The notes beneath the pieces were generated by a model that was given only the letters and a program-made list of their open reading frames with translations, searched no databases and had not been told where the DNA came from. From assembly GCA_016215405.1 (NCBI GenBank), contig JACRJQ010000006.1:481-64480 (forward strand): a DNA stretch of 64,000 nucleotides, given 5' to 3'. Positions 38,211 through 48,019 of this stretch are shown here, piece after piece; position 1 is the first letter of the stretch, and each line of letters opens with the position of its first letter. This stretch comes from Candidatus Tayloriibacteriota bacterium. Lineage in GTDB: Bacteria; Patescibacteriota; Minisyncoccia; Phycocordibacterales; UBA6065. The position numbers and the translations under genes are program-made.

Positions 38211-39308
38211 TTATACGAGCTTTACGATGTCTTTGTAGGTCACGAAGAGCATGAAGAGGATGAGTATGCAGAAGCCGATCGCGTTCATCGTGTTCGCGAC
38301 CTTAGGAGAGATCGCCTTGCGGCGCACCGCTTCGATCGCGACGAAGAGTATCCTGCCGCCGTCGAGCGCCGGGAACGGCACCAGATTCAAGACGGCGAGG
38401 TTTAGCGATATGAACGCGGTAAAGGAAAGGAGGTATACGAAGCCGAGCTCTCCGGCGTCGCCAACGAGCCTCGCTATGCCCACGGGGCCCGAGACTTGAG
38501 AGAGGTCGCCGTTGCCCATGACAGCGTCCGCGATGAGCGTGTATATGCCCCCGACTATCCCGAGGAACATCCTGCCGGTGAGCTTGGCACCCTCCCAGAG
38601 CGCCTCGTGCGCAGGAAGCTTTACCGACCCTACGAGGTCCATCGATATGCCGATCGCGTATTTGTCGCCGAGGACGCCCTGCTCCGGCACGACTTCGACG
38701 TATGCGGTCTCGGTGAGGCGATCGACCTCGAACGCGACAGGCTCGCCCGACGAGCCGGCTATCGCCTCTTGGATGGATTCGACGGAAGACGCCGTGGTCG
38801 TCGCGCCCGAAGCGGCCTTAAACGACCGTATCTGATCGCCTTGCGCGATCCCCGCCTTCTCGGCAGGAGACCCTGGCAGGGCGTCGAGGACTATGACCCG
38901 GCTATCCTTTATATAGGAGGCGTTCGATTCGGACACCGACGTGGTCATGCCCGACATATACGCGATCGAGAACAAAAGCCAAGCGAACACGACGTTCATA
39001 GCGACGCCCGAAGCGAGGATGACGACCTGTATCCAGCGAGGCTTGTTAACGAAGCTTCGCGAGCTGTCGTGTCCCTTTATCGAGTCGTCGTCGGGGGTCT
39101 CTCCGAATATCTTTACGAATCCGCCGAACGGTATCCAGTTGAGCGAATATACCGTCTCGCCGATTTTCTTTCCCCACGCGCGCGGAGGAAAGCCGAGCCC
39201 GAACTCGTCGACGCGGACGCCGGACCTCTTCGCGGCATAAAAATGGCCGAACTCGTGAACGAGCACGAGCACCGCCAATACGGCCAGGAATAGTATGACT
39301 GTTATCAA
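38211..39308 (-). CDS. rseP: RIP metalloprotease RseP (M50 with PDZ)
   Basis: HEFGH, PFGGFV, SPAEKAG..GD PDZ, NLVPFPALDGG. Confidence 0.94.
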   Translation of the reverse strand: MITVILFLAVLAVLVLVHEFGHFYAAKRSGVRVDEFGLGFPPRAWGKKIGETVYSLNWIPFGGFVKIFGETPDDDSIKGHDSSRSFVNKPRWIQVVILASGVAMNVVFAWLLFSIAYMSGMTTSVSESNASYIKDSRVIVLDALPGSPAEKAGIAQGDQIRSFKAASGATTTASSVESIQEAIAGSSGEPVAFEVDRLTETAYVEVVPEQGVLGDKYAIGISMDLVGSVKLPAHEALWEGAKLTGRMFLGIVGGIYTLIADAVMGNGDLSQVSGPVGIARLVGDAGELGFVYLLSFTAFISLNLAVLNLVPFPALDGGRILFVAIEAVRRKAISPKVANTMNAIGFCILILFMLFVTYKDIVKLV

Positions 39309-39318
39309 GTTATGATCG

Positions 39319-39870
39319 TTAGCTCAATATCTCTTTCTCCTTTTTGTCCATCGCGTCGGAAAGCCTCTTTACGCAGTCGTCGACGAGCTTCTGAGCGTCG
39401 GCCTTGAATCGGAACTTCTCATCCTCTCCCATGCCGCCCTCTTTTTCCTTGGCGTCGATGTCGGAATTGACCGCATCTCGATGCTTTCGGACCTGTATCT
39501 TCGCCTGCTCGAGCTTCTCCTTGGCCATCTTGACGATCTCCTTTCGGCGCTCGGAGGTGAGCTCAGGGAACGAAACCCTGACGCCCTTGTCGTCCACGGC
39601 GACCGAGACGCCGAGATTCGCTACGGTTATCGATTTCTCGATCGATTTCACGAGGGCCTGGTCCCATGGCGTGATGCGGATGGTGCGCGGATCCTCGTTG
39701 GTCATCGAGGCGACGCCCGAGATCGGCATGTCAGAGCCGTACGCCTCTACGCGGACGCTGTCGAGGATCGAAGGGTTCGCCCTATTGGTTCTTATCGCGC
39801 CAAGCTCCTTTTGGAGCCAGCTTTCCGTCGCGGAGAGGTCGGTCTTAAGCTTGGTGAAATTGTATTGCAT
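39319..39870 (-). CDS. frr: Ribosome recycling factor
   Basis: IRTNRANP..LD.V.V.AYG, P.LT.ERRKE; start reassigned to 39870. Confidence 0.94.
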   Translation of the reverse strand: MQYNFTKLKTDLSATESWLQKELGAIRTNRANPSILDSVRVEAYGSDMPISGVASMTNEDPRTIRITPWDQALVKSIEKSITVANLGVSVAVDDKGVRVSFPELTSERRKEIVKMAKEKLEQAKIQVRKHRDAVNSDIDAKEKEGGMGEDEKFRFKADAQKLVDDCVKRLSDAMDKKEKEILS

Positions 39871-40070
39871 ATGCCGATAATATAGCACAAACAGGCACAG
39901 GCTTCGAAACAAAACCCTCGCTTGCGCCACGCCACCCCGTGTTCATCTTTAGTCCTTTCCTTTGTCGGGAACGGGTATTCGCGATGGACGCGGATCCCTT
40001 CAACTCCCGCCGTCGCGGTCCGTTAATGCCGCCAAAGGAATAGACGGAGGGTTAGGAGAAGAAAGAGAAG

Positions 40071-40107
40071 AGCCCCGGTTCGCTTCGCGAACCGGGGCTT
40101 TCTTCTT
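40071..40107 (+). terminator. Strong hairpin/terminator in the frr-holB intergenic region
   Basis: AGCCCCGGTTCGC-TTC-GCGAACCGGGGCT followed by TTCTTCTT. Confidence 0.7.
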
Positions 40108-40245
40108 CCTCTTCAATACCCCGCCGAATCCGCATCTTCGAGGGCGCCTGCGACTTCGAGCGAAGAAAATGCGGACCGGCTAAAAGAAAAAGACTTGATC
40201 CTGGGTTCTGCTCGGAGACTCGCAGCCCGGGATGGGAGAAGAGAT

Positions 40246-40887
40246 TTAAAACGGAAGCAAGGCAACCCTCTCCAATATGAGCTTTATCGACGGCGAACGG
40301 TCCTTGAGGTACCTCGCGAGAATGAGGATCTCCTTCGTCGCCTCGATCTTCCCCTCCCTGTGAAGCTCGCCTATGACCGCCTGGAGGAAATCTTCGGCCT
40401 TCGCCTTGTCCTTCTCCTCTATGAGAGGCGCCACGAATTCGAGCCGTGCCTTAGGAGACATGGGGATGAATTTCCTCGCTTCCGCCCTCAGGTCGGTCTT
40501 TCCAGCGGATCTGTGCGAGACGACCACCATGCGCGAGCGGAGGGTCGGCAAGAGTATCCGCTCCGAAGACGAGATGATGAAGAAATGAGTGCCCGACGTG
40601 GGCTCCTCGAAGACCTTCAGAAGCGAGTTCTGCGCCTCCGAGGTCATCGCCGCTACGGAGAGGATGAAGATCTTCTTGTCTCCGGCGACAGGCCGCATGA
40701 GCTGCATGTCTTGAAGCGCTCTGCTCTCGTCGATCCCGAGCGAGTCGTGCTCTGCGTAATGCACGTCGGGATTTCCCTGCCTCTCGATGCCGAAGGCGTC
40801 CATGAGGAACGCCTCGAGCTCGGCGAGGACCGACTGCTTGTCTCCCTCTATGAAATAGGCGTGATGGAGGCTCTCCTTCTTGAACAT
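40246..40887 (-). CDS. holB: DNA polymerase III delta-prime-like subunit (reduced)
   Basis: HHAYFIEG, NPDV, MTSEAQNSLLKVFEEP, LLPTLRSR. Confidence 0.8.
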   Translation of the reverse strand: MFKKESLHHAYFIEGDKQSVLAELEAFLMDAFGIERQGNPDVHYAEHDSLGIDESRALQDMQLMRPVAGDKKIFILSVAAMTSEAQNSLLKVFEEPTSGTHFFIISSSERILLPTLRSRMVVVSHRSAGKTDLRAEARKFIPMSPKARLEFVAPLIEEKDKAKAEDFLQAVIGELHREGKIEATKEILILARYLKDRSPSIKLILERVALLPF

Positions 40888-41129
40888 ATAGAAAGCATAT
40901 CACAGGGCCGGCGGGCGGACGGTCGGCCGGTATAGTTGCGACAAATCGAAACTGGCAATAGAATGTCTGCTACGCCCTATGCAGATATATCCCGCATTGC
41001 CCGACCTATCCGAATTCTTCGACGGCACCCACTTCAGGGTCCGCGACTACTACGACGCCCTCATGGGGTCGTCGACGTAGAGAACGTTTCGATACGGCGA
41101 GGGGAGCTCTTCGGAGCTCCCCTTTTTTT

Positions 41130-42143
41130 CTATCTCTTCGCGATGATCGTCCTCTTGTAGACGTCGAGATGCTCGAGCGCGATACCTGTGCCCTTCGCCA
41201 CGCAATAGAGCGGGTCTTCGGCGAGGATCGCCTTTACTCCCGTGCGGCGAAAGACGAGCTCGGGGAGGTTTCTGAGCATAGACGAGCCGCCCGTCATGAT
41301 GATGCCGTGATCTATGATGTCGGCGGCCAATTCCGGCGGCGTCTCCTGGAGCACGTCCTTTATCGCCTTTATCATGTCGCGAAGCTCCCGGCCTATCGCC
41401 TTTACGATCTCGTTCGTCTTTATCTCGGTCGAGCGCGGGAGGCCCGAAATGAAGTCGCGGCCCTTGATGATCATGGAAAGCTCCTCTTCGAGGGGTACGG
41501 CCGAGCCGATATGTATCTTTATATCTTCCGCGGTCTTGTCGCCTATCGCTAGGTTGAAGGTCTTCTTTATATAATCCGCTATCGCGGCGTCGATTCGGTT
41601 CCCTGCGCATTTGACCGAAGTCGAGGCGACTATGCCGCCGAGGGATATCACGGCGACGTCCGTCGTACCGCCGCCGATATCGACGACCATGTGGCCTCGA
41701 GCTTCATGGATGGGAATGCCCGCGCCGATAGCGGCGAGGATCGGCTCCTTGACCACGTAGGCGCTCTTGGCGCCCGCCTTTATCGCCGCCTCTACGACCG
41801 CGCGACGCTCGGTCGAGGTGATGCCCGCAGGCACAGAGACGAGAACCTCGGGCTTCCAGATGTTCCATTTACCCAGAGCCTTGTCGATGAAGTAGCGGAG
41901 CATCGCTTCCGTGACGCGATAGTCCGCGATGACGCCGTCCTTCATAGGCCTGTAGGCGATGATGGATTCGGGCGTGCGTCCGATCATAGATTTCGCCTCG
42001 ACGCCTACGGCGAGTATCTTGTTGTCCTGCTCCGAGACGGCAACGACCGAAGGCTCATTGAGGACGATGCCCTTCTTCGGCACGAACACGAGCGTGTTCG
42101 CGGTACCGAGGTCGATGCCGAGCTTCTTTGCGAATAGAGCCAT
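41130..42143 (-). CDS. mreB: Second MreB/Mbl-family actin homolog
   Basis: GIDLGTANT, RPMKDGVIADY, DIGGGTTD; start reassigned to 42143. Confidence 0.93.
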   Translation of the reverse strand: MALFAKKLGIDLGTANTLVFVPKKGIVLNEPSVVAVSEQDNKILAVGVEAKSMIGRTPESIIAYRPMKDGVIADYRVTEAMLRYFIDKALGKWNIWKPEVLVSVPAGITSTERRAVVEAAIKAGAKSAYVVKEPILAAIGAGIPIHEARGHMVVDIGGGTTDVAVISLGGIVASTSVKCAGNRIDAAIADYIKKTFNLAIGDKTAEDIKIHIGSAVPLEEELSMIIKGRDFISGLPRSTEIKTNEIVKAIGRELRDMIKAIKDVLQETPPELAADIIDHGIIMTGGSSMLRNLPELVFRRTGVKAILAEDPLYCVAKGTGIALEHLDVYKRTIIAKR

Positions 42144-42248
42144 ATGTGGCACTACTATACGCTTTTTATCGGCGCTTGCAAAGAACGGAAAAAGGCATTG
42201 ACTCCGCCCTCCTTCCGGAATATAACTACCGAAGAACCCTACCGACCC

Positions 42249-42623
42249 ATGTATCCAGCAACTTCTATACTCGACCTCAAGTCGTTCACGAACGACGACG
42301 TCAACGCCGCTCGGGCGCGGCTCCAGTCGAACCCCGAATCCTTCCGGAGGGATTACCGCAAGGTGATGACGGAGATACCCAACCTGCATCGCCTCCTGCG
42401 CAGATTCCAATCCTATTTCCCCGGGGACGAATCCGCGTCGATGTTCGCCTGGTTCCGGATCTGGGCGGCGCTCAAATCCGACGAGGACATCGGCATCGAC
42501 GTCACGCTCTCCCTCCTACGGATGACGCGCAACCTCGACGAGTCGGGCGTCCCCTTCTCGCCTCAAAGCGAGAGAAAGCCTCTCGAGCATTTCTTCGAAA
42601 CGCTCTACAAGCTCATAGCCTAG
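42249..42623 (+). CDS. Hypothetical protein
   Basis: Likely start at ATG 42249 within ORF 42144..42623. Confidence 0.55.
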   Translation: MYPATSILDLKSFTNDDVNAARARLQSNPESFRRDYRKVMTEIPNLHRLLRRFQSYFPGDESASMFAWFRIWAALKSDEDIGIDVTLSLLRMTRNLDESGVPFSPQSERKPLEHFFETLYKLIA

Positions 42624-42669
42624 ACCGCTGCGACGAGCCGCTGGACCACCCAGCGGCTTTCGATTGGTG

Positions 42670-42699
42670 TTGAAATAAATATAGCATATATGCTATATT
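42670..42699 (+). promoter_or_regulatory. Promoter overlapped by a perfect 22-bp palindrome (candidate operator)
   Basis: TTGAAA at 42670; AATATAGCATA|TATGCTATATT at 42678-42699. Confidence 0.65.
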
Positions 42700-42729
42700 A
42701 TCTGTACTTATCTTTTTACGAAACGAACC

Positions 42730-44286
42730 ATGCCCAAAGCCGCGATATCGAAGGCCAAAGAGACGAGACCCCCTGCCCTAGCCTCTATAGGCGCGATGAT
42801 CGCCCGCCTGCGCGAAGACAGGCGCATGACCCAAGCCGAGCTCGGAGAGAAGGTCGGCACGACCCAGTCCGTCATCGCCCGAATAGAGAAGGGCGAGCAG
42901 AACCTCTCTACCGAGACCCTCGCCAAGCTCTCGGCCGCGCTGGGCCAGGAGATCGTGCAGATATCGCGCGGCGGGACGGTGAACTTCCGCATCCACGGCG
43001 GCCGAAAGCTCTCGGGCACGATACAGGTGAGGACCTCAAAGAACGGCGCCGTGGGGGTCATGTGCGCCTCCCTCCTTAATCGCGGGACGACGGTCATAAA
43101 GAACGCGCCGAAAATCGAAGAGGTGAGCAGGATAAGCGAAGTGCTCGAATCCATAGGCGCTAAGATCGAATGGATAGGCGCCGATCTCCGCATAACGCCG
43201 CCGGAGAGGCTCGACATGAAGTCGATCGCCTATGATTCCGCCGCAAAGACCCGAAGCGTCGTCATGATGGCAGGCTCCCTCGTCCACCGCCTCGAGAGAT
43301 TCGACCTGCCCCAGGCCTCGGGGTGCACGCTCGGCTCGCGTACGATAAAGCCTTACGTCTACGCGCTCGAGACCTTGGGCATATCTATCGAGACCTCGTC
43401 GAGGTACTACCACGTATCGCACAAGGGGCTCAAGAAGGGCCGCGAGATCGTGATGTACGAGGCCGGCGACACGGTGACCGAGGCTGTTCTCATGGCTGCC
43501 GCCCTCATCCCCGGAAAGACCGTCATAAAGTTCGCCTCCGCGAACTACCAAGTCCAGGACGTCGCGTTCTATCTCGAGCTTCTCGGCGCGCAGATAGACG
43601 GCATCGGCACGTCGACCATGACCGTGCACGGCCTCGACCGCTCCGTCAAGAAAGATGTCGAATACTACCTCTCGGAAGACCCGATCGAAGCGATGTCCCT
43701 CATTGCCGCCGCCATCGTCACAGGCTCGGCTATCACCGTCGAGCGCGCGCCCATAGACTTTCTCGAGCTTGAGCTCCTGAAGCTCGAAAAGATGGGGTTC
43801 AAATATAAGATAACGAAAAGATATAAGGCCGATAACGGCAAGACGAACCTCGTCGATATCGAGACGAAGCCGTCTAAGCTCAAAGCGCTCGACGAGAAGA
43901 TACACGCGCAGCCGTATCCCGGCATAAACATGGACAACCTTCCCTTCTTCGTCGTCATAGGCGCGGTAGCCGAAGGAGAGACGTTCATCCACGATTGGAG
44001 CTACGAGGAGCGGGCGATCTACTACAAGGAGCTTGCGAAGCTCCGCGCCGAGACCATCCTCGCCGATCCCCATCGCTTCTATATAAAGGGCCCGACCAGG
44101 TTCAAGGCGGCCGAGATGGTCTGTCCGCCGGCGCTGCGCCCGTCCGTGATCATCATGATCGCGATGCTCGCCGCCGAGGGCGTCTCGATCCTCAGGAACG
44201 TATACAACATAAACAGAGGATACGAGGACCTCGCGGAAAGGCTCAACGCCCTAGGCGCCAAGATAGAGGTCTTTCGAGATCTCTGA
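42730..44286 (+). CDS. murA: UDP-GlcNAc 1-carboxyvinyltransferase with N-terminal XRE HTH
   Basis: LREDRRMTQAELGEKVGTTQSVIARIEKGEQN HTH; SKN, GCTLGSR catalytic Cys, PYPG..D, RGYE. Confidence 0.92.
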   Translation: MPKAAISKAKETRPPALASIGAMIARLREDRRMTQAELGEKVGTTQSVIARIEKGEQNLSTETLAKLSAALGQEIVQISRGGTVNFRIHGGRKLSGTIQVRTSKNGAVGVMCASLLNRGTTVIKNAPKIEEVSRISEVLESIGAKIEWIGADLRITPPERLDMKSIAYDSAAKTRSVVMMAGSLVHRLERFDLPQASGCTLGSRTIKPYVYALETLGISIETSSRYYHVSHKGLKKGREIVMYEAGDTVTEAVLMAAALIPGKTVIKFASANYQVQDVAFYLELLGAQIDGIGTSTMTVHGLDRSVKKDVEYYLSEDPIEAMSLIAAAIVTGSAITVERAPIDFLELELLKLEKMGFKYKITKRYKADNGKTNLVDIETKPSKLKALDEKIHAQPYPGINMDNLPFFVVIGAVAEGETFIHDWSYEERAIYYKELAKLRAETILADPHRFYIKGPTRFKAAEMVCPPALRPSVIIMIAMLAAEGVSILRNVYNINRGYEDLAERLNALGAKIEVFRDL

Positions 44287-44297
44287 TAGAGGCGCGA

Positions 44298-44332
44298 TAA
44301 AGCCACGTCAGCCACAGGCTGACGTGGCTTTA
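44298..44332 (+). terminator. Intrinsic terminator
   Basis: TAAAGCCACGTCAGCC-ACA-GGCTGACGTGGCTTTA. Confidence 0.75.
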
Positions 44333-44361
44333 TTGACCTTTCTTATGAAAAGTGCTATAAT
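44333..44361 (+). promoter_or_regulatory. sigma70 promoter
   Basis: TTGACC-17-TATAAT with extended TG. Confidence 0.7.
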
Positions 44362-44439
44362 CATATATGTAGCTCTTTAGAGGGCATATGAGCGTAAAAA
44401 GGAGCCCGTGGAAGGCCGCTGTCCCCTTTTTACACTCAT

Positions 44440-44787
44440 ATGCAACAACAACACCACGGTAAAGTAATATCGGTCGCCTTCGATCCCTTTCGGGATAGCG
44501 AGGTGAGCCGGGAAGCGAGGCGCGACCTCCAGACAACCATAGCCGCTATCATGCGATTCTCCGACGGAGACTGGGGAGATTCCTCGGCCTCCATGGCGAA
44601 CGACAACAGCGTCCAACGGAAGGTCGACGGCGCCCAGGTCCACGGCAAATACGGGAACATCCTCGTTTCCGCCGAGCTTACGGTCGTCCGGGGCGAGCTT
44701 CACACCTCGACCATCCTCGTGCAGACCGCGGCCGAGGCCAAAGCCCTTCCCCTGCCCGACAGATTCATGGCGACGGCGGCAGGATAG
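44440..44787 (+). CDS. Hypothetical protein
   Basis: Lies between a promoter and a terminator (44810-44848). Confidence 0.6.
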   Translation: MQQQHHGKVISVAFDPFRDSEVSREARRDLQTTIAAIMRFSDGDWGDSSASMANDNSVQRKVDGAQVHGKYGNILVSAELTVVRGELHTSTILVQTAAEAKALPLPDRFMATAAG

Positions 44788-44937
44788 GCGCGAGCCTTCT
44801 CTCGTTTCAAAGCCGGGCCCTTGCGAAAGCGGGACCCGGCTTTTTTTCGTCGATATCCGAAACAATCCTTCGCCCGCGCTTCGTAATGTGGATGAAGGTC
44901 GGAACATCCGCCCTATTAATACATATGTCTCAAAACC

Positions 44938-45471
44938 ATGGCGATACTCAAACCGAAGATACAGACATTCGAGGACCTCTTTCTCATGAAGATGCAGGTC
45001 ATTTACGATGTCGAGTCGGAGATACTCAAAGCGCTCCCTAAGATGATAAAGAAGGCGACCGACCCTGATCTGGAGAAGGCTCTCTCAGGGCATCTCGCGG
45101 AGACGGAGATCCAGAAAGAGAGAGTCGAGCAGATTTTCGACATGGTCGGAGCGAAGCCGAAGAAGATGGCATGCGCCGCCATACGAGGGCTCGTAGCGGA
45201 TGCGGAGGATGTGATCGCCATGAAGCCTCCTTCCGAGCTCCTCGATGCCGCTCTCATAGGAGCCGCGCGGTCGGTAGAGCATTTCGAGATGTCTAAATAT
45301 ATGGCGGCCATATCCTGGGCCGAAGCCTTGGGTCACGCGGACGCGGCAAAGCTCCTCGAGACGACGCTCGAAGAGGAGCGAAGCGCGGACCTAAAGCTCG
45401 TCGAGGCTGCCGAGACCGTCAACGAGCGCGCCCTCGAAACCGTCATCGGAGATGAGGACGAGGACGAATAG
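44938..45471 (+). CDS. Ferritin-like YciE/YciF (DUF892) protein
   Basis: YDVE..I.KALPKM, HL.ET..Q..R.E.IF, C.AI.GL, VEHFE..Y, TL.EE..AD.KL. Confidence 0.9.
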   Translation: MAILKPKIQTFEDLFLMKMQVIYDVESEILKALPKMIKKATDPDLEKALSGHLAETEIQKERVEQIFDMVGAKPKKMACAAIRGLVADAEDVIAMKPPSELLDAALIGAARSVEHFEMSKYMAAISWAEALGHADAAKLLETTLEEERSADLKLVEAAETVNERALETVIGDEDEDE

Positions 45472-45564
45472 AACGTAGCAGGACCATACAGCAGCCGGGA
45501 TACTCCGTATCCCGGCTGCTTTGCTTTCCCACCCTTCCCTTCCGTTTTCTGCTATATTTTAAGG

Positions 45565-47448
45565 GTGTTTCTGATCAAAGCCATTCCCATCGCCCGAGGA
45601 GTCGGAGTCGACATGCTTTCGTATTGGAGCCCTGCCGAGGCTCGCCCAGGCTCCGTCATCAGGGTGCCCCTGCGCAAAAGGACCGTCGGAGCCCTCGTGG
45701 TCGAGAGCGTCTCGGCCGCCGAATCCAAATCGGAGATCAAATCGGCCGACTTCGAGATAAAGAAGATAGCGAACCCGCACGCGAAAGCGCTCCTATCCGC
45801 GGAATTCTTCGCGGCCGCCGAAGAGAGCGCGAGATTCCACGCAGGCTCCGTAGGGAGCGTGCTCTTCGACCTCGTGCCGTCGGCGATGCTCTCGGATTAT
45901 GAAAAGCTCCCCGAAGCGAAGCCTCGGATAAAGAGAGGCAAGGCCAGAGAGTCGTTCGTGCTGCAGAAATCTGACGACGACCGCTATGGGCATTACAAGA
46001 GCCTCATCCGCGAGAGATTCGCGCGCAAGGAATCGGTATTTATGGCGATGCCCTCTGCCGAGGACATAAAAAAGGCCTGCTCCTACTTCGAGAAAGGCAT
46101 AGAGCCCTATACCTACATCTTCCATGGCGGGCTCACGAAGAGCGAATCTCTCAAGAGGTGGAAGTCCGCCCTCGAAGATCCGCACCCTATCGTCATCGTG
46201 GCTACCCCTTCATTTTTCTCCCTGCCTCGGCACGATATAGGGCTCGTGATCGCTGAGCGCGAGAGCTCGCGAAGCTGGAAATCGCAATCGAGGCCTTTCA
46301 TAGACGGCAGGTATGTAGCGGAACGCCTCGCGGAAAAGACCGGCGCAGACCTTATATTCGGCGATTCTTGCCTGCGGGTCGAGACCATCTGGAGGCAGGA
46401 GGAGGGCGAGCTCGTCGAATACGCCCCGCTCGCCATGCGCTCCCTCTCGACCGCGCGGAACCTCCTCGTCGACATGAAGAGATACAAGAATCCCGCGCAT
46501 CAGATCCGCATCGTCTCGGACGAGCTGGCGCAGCTCGCGAAGAAGACGAAAGAAGAGAGCGGCCTCCTTTTCGTCTTCGCAGGCAGGAAGGGCCTCGCGC
46601 CGCAGACCATATGTTCGGATTGCGAGACGACCCTCGTCTGCGACAGATGCTCCGCGCCCCTAGTCCTCCACGGAAAGGACGAACGGAGGTTCTTTCTATG
46701 CAACAGATGCGGAAAGCGCTTCGATGCACATACGACCTGCAGGGAATGCGGCAGCTGGCGCCTCGCCGCCTTAGGGATCGGAGCGGAGAGGCTCGAAGAG
46801 GAGTTCCTTTCCCTATTTCCCGACTCTACCGTCCTTAGGCTCGACAAGATATCGGCCCCTACGCACAAGAAGGCCCTCGAGATCGTAGAGAGGTGGTACG
46901 ACTCCCCTGGGTCTATCCTCGTCGGCACCGAGCTCGCACTTCTCTACCTCGATCGACCCGTAGACAACGCGGCGATCGGCTCTCTCGACGCGCTCTTCTC
47001 GATCCCGGATTTCCGCATAAACGAGAAGATATTCTCCATCATCCTCAAGCTCCGCTCCATAGCCCAAAAGGAATTCATACTCCAGACGCGCAACCCCGAC
47101 GCGCCCGTGCTCGCCCAGGGAGCCAAGGGTAATATCATCGATTTCTATCGAGAGGAGATCGAGGGCCGCAAACAATTCGGATTCCCGCCATTCGCAACCT
47201 TCGTGAAGATCTCCTATTCTGGGAAGAAGGACGACGTGCTCGAAGCGATGGAGAGGTTGAAGGTCTCCCTGGCAGGGTGGCAAGTCGACGTGTTCCCCGC
47301 CTTCATCGCGACGGTCAAAAACGAGTTCGTCATGCACGCCCTCATCAAGCTCAAGAGGACCGAATGGCCGCATGCCGAGCTTCTCGACCGGCTACGAGGG
47401 CTCTCCCCTTCCTACGCGGTGAATGTGGATCCCGAAAGCATCCTCTAA
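45565..47448 (+). CDS. priA: Primosomal protein N' (degenerate helicase motifs)
   Basis: V.VPL..R...A.V N-terminus, four CxxC, G.GAE.LEE, IPDFR..E, QTRNP, FPPF. Confidence 0.88.
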   Translation: MFLIKAIPIARGVGVDMLSYWSPAEARPGSVIRVPLRKRTVGALVVESVSAAESKSEIKSADFEIKKIANPHAKALLSAEFFAAAEESARFHAGSVGSVLFDLVPSAMLSDYEKLPEAKPRIKRGKARESFVLQKSDDDRYGHYKSLIRERFARKESVFMAMPSAEDIKKACSYFEKGIEPYTYIFHGGLTKSESLKRWKSALEDPHPIVIVATPSFFSLPRHDIGLVIAERESSRSWKSQSRPFIDGRYVAERLAEKTGADLIFGDSCLRVETIWRQEEGELVEYAPLAMRSLSTARNLLVDMKRYKNPAHQIRIVSDELAQLAKKTKEESGLLFVFAGRKGLAPQTICSDCETTLVCDRCSAPLVLHGKDERRFFLCNRCGKRFDAHTTCRECGSWRLAALGIGAERLEEEFLSLFPDSTVLRLDKISAPTHKKALEIVERWYDSPGSILVGTELALLYLDRPVDNAAIGSLDALFSIPDFRINEKIFSIILKLRSIAQKEFILQTRNPDAPVLAQGAKGNIIDFYREEIEGRKQFGFPPFATFVKISYSGKKDDVLEAMERLKVSLAGWQVDVFPAFIATVKNEFVMHALIKLKRTEWPHAELLDRLRGLSPSYAVNVDPESIL

Positions 47449-47488
47449 GGCTTTTTGCCTTTTTCGGCTTTTTCTATAGACTGAGGCT

Positions 47489-48019
47489 ATGGTAGCAATC
47501 GTCCAGAAAGACGACCCCGTCCTCAGGCTCAAGGCATCCCCCGTGCCCGCGGCCCTTTTCGATACGCCGAAGCTTCGCAAGATCGTGAAGGACATGAAGG
47601 CGGCCCTGGCATCCCAAGACGACGGCGTCGCGATCGCGGCGCCGCAGATAGGCGTCTCGCTGCGCATATTCGTCGTATCGGGCCGGATCTTCGAGATGCT
47701 CTACCCCGACAGGAAGGAGGAGGACGGCAAGAAGGCATACCCGGACGTCGTATTCATAAACCCGGAGATATCGAAGCTCTCCAAGGAGAGAGAGGAGATG
47801 GAAGAGGGCTGCCTCTCCGTACGATACCTCTACGGAAAGATAGTCCGCGCCAAAAAAGCGAAGGTAAAGGCGTTCGATGAAAAAGGCCAGCCGTTCGAGA
47901 TCGGCGGATCGGGCCTTCTCGCCCAGATATTCCAGCATGAGACGGACCATCTCGAGGGCAGGCTTTTCATAGACCAAGCGACGGACATCCAAGATCTGCC
48001 GCCTAAAGATGACAAATAA
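47489..48019 (+). CDS. def: Peptide deformylase
   Basis: GVAIAAPQIG, EGCLS, QHETDHL.G. Confidence 0.96.
   Translation: MVAIVQKDDPVLRLKASPVPAALFDTPKLRKIVKDMKAALASQDDGVAIAAPQIGVSLRIFVVSGRIFEMLYPDRKEEDGKKAYPDVVFINPEISKLSKEREEMEEGCLSVRYLYGKIVRAKKAKVKAFDEKGQPFEIGGSGLLAQIFQHETDHLEGRLFIDQATDIQDLPPKDDK

Noticed and set aside
34559-42143. Two mreB paralogs as a novelty
   Set aside because: Multiple MreB/Mbl paralogs are common in bacteria
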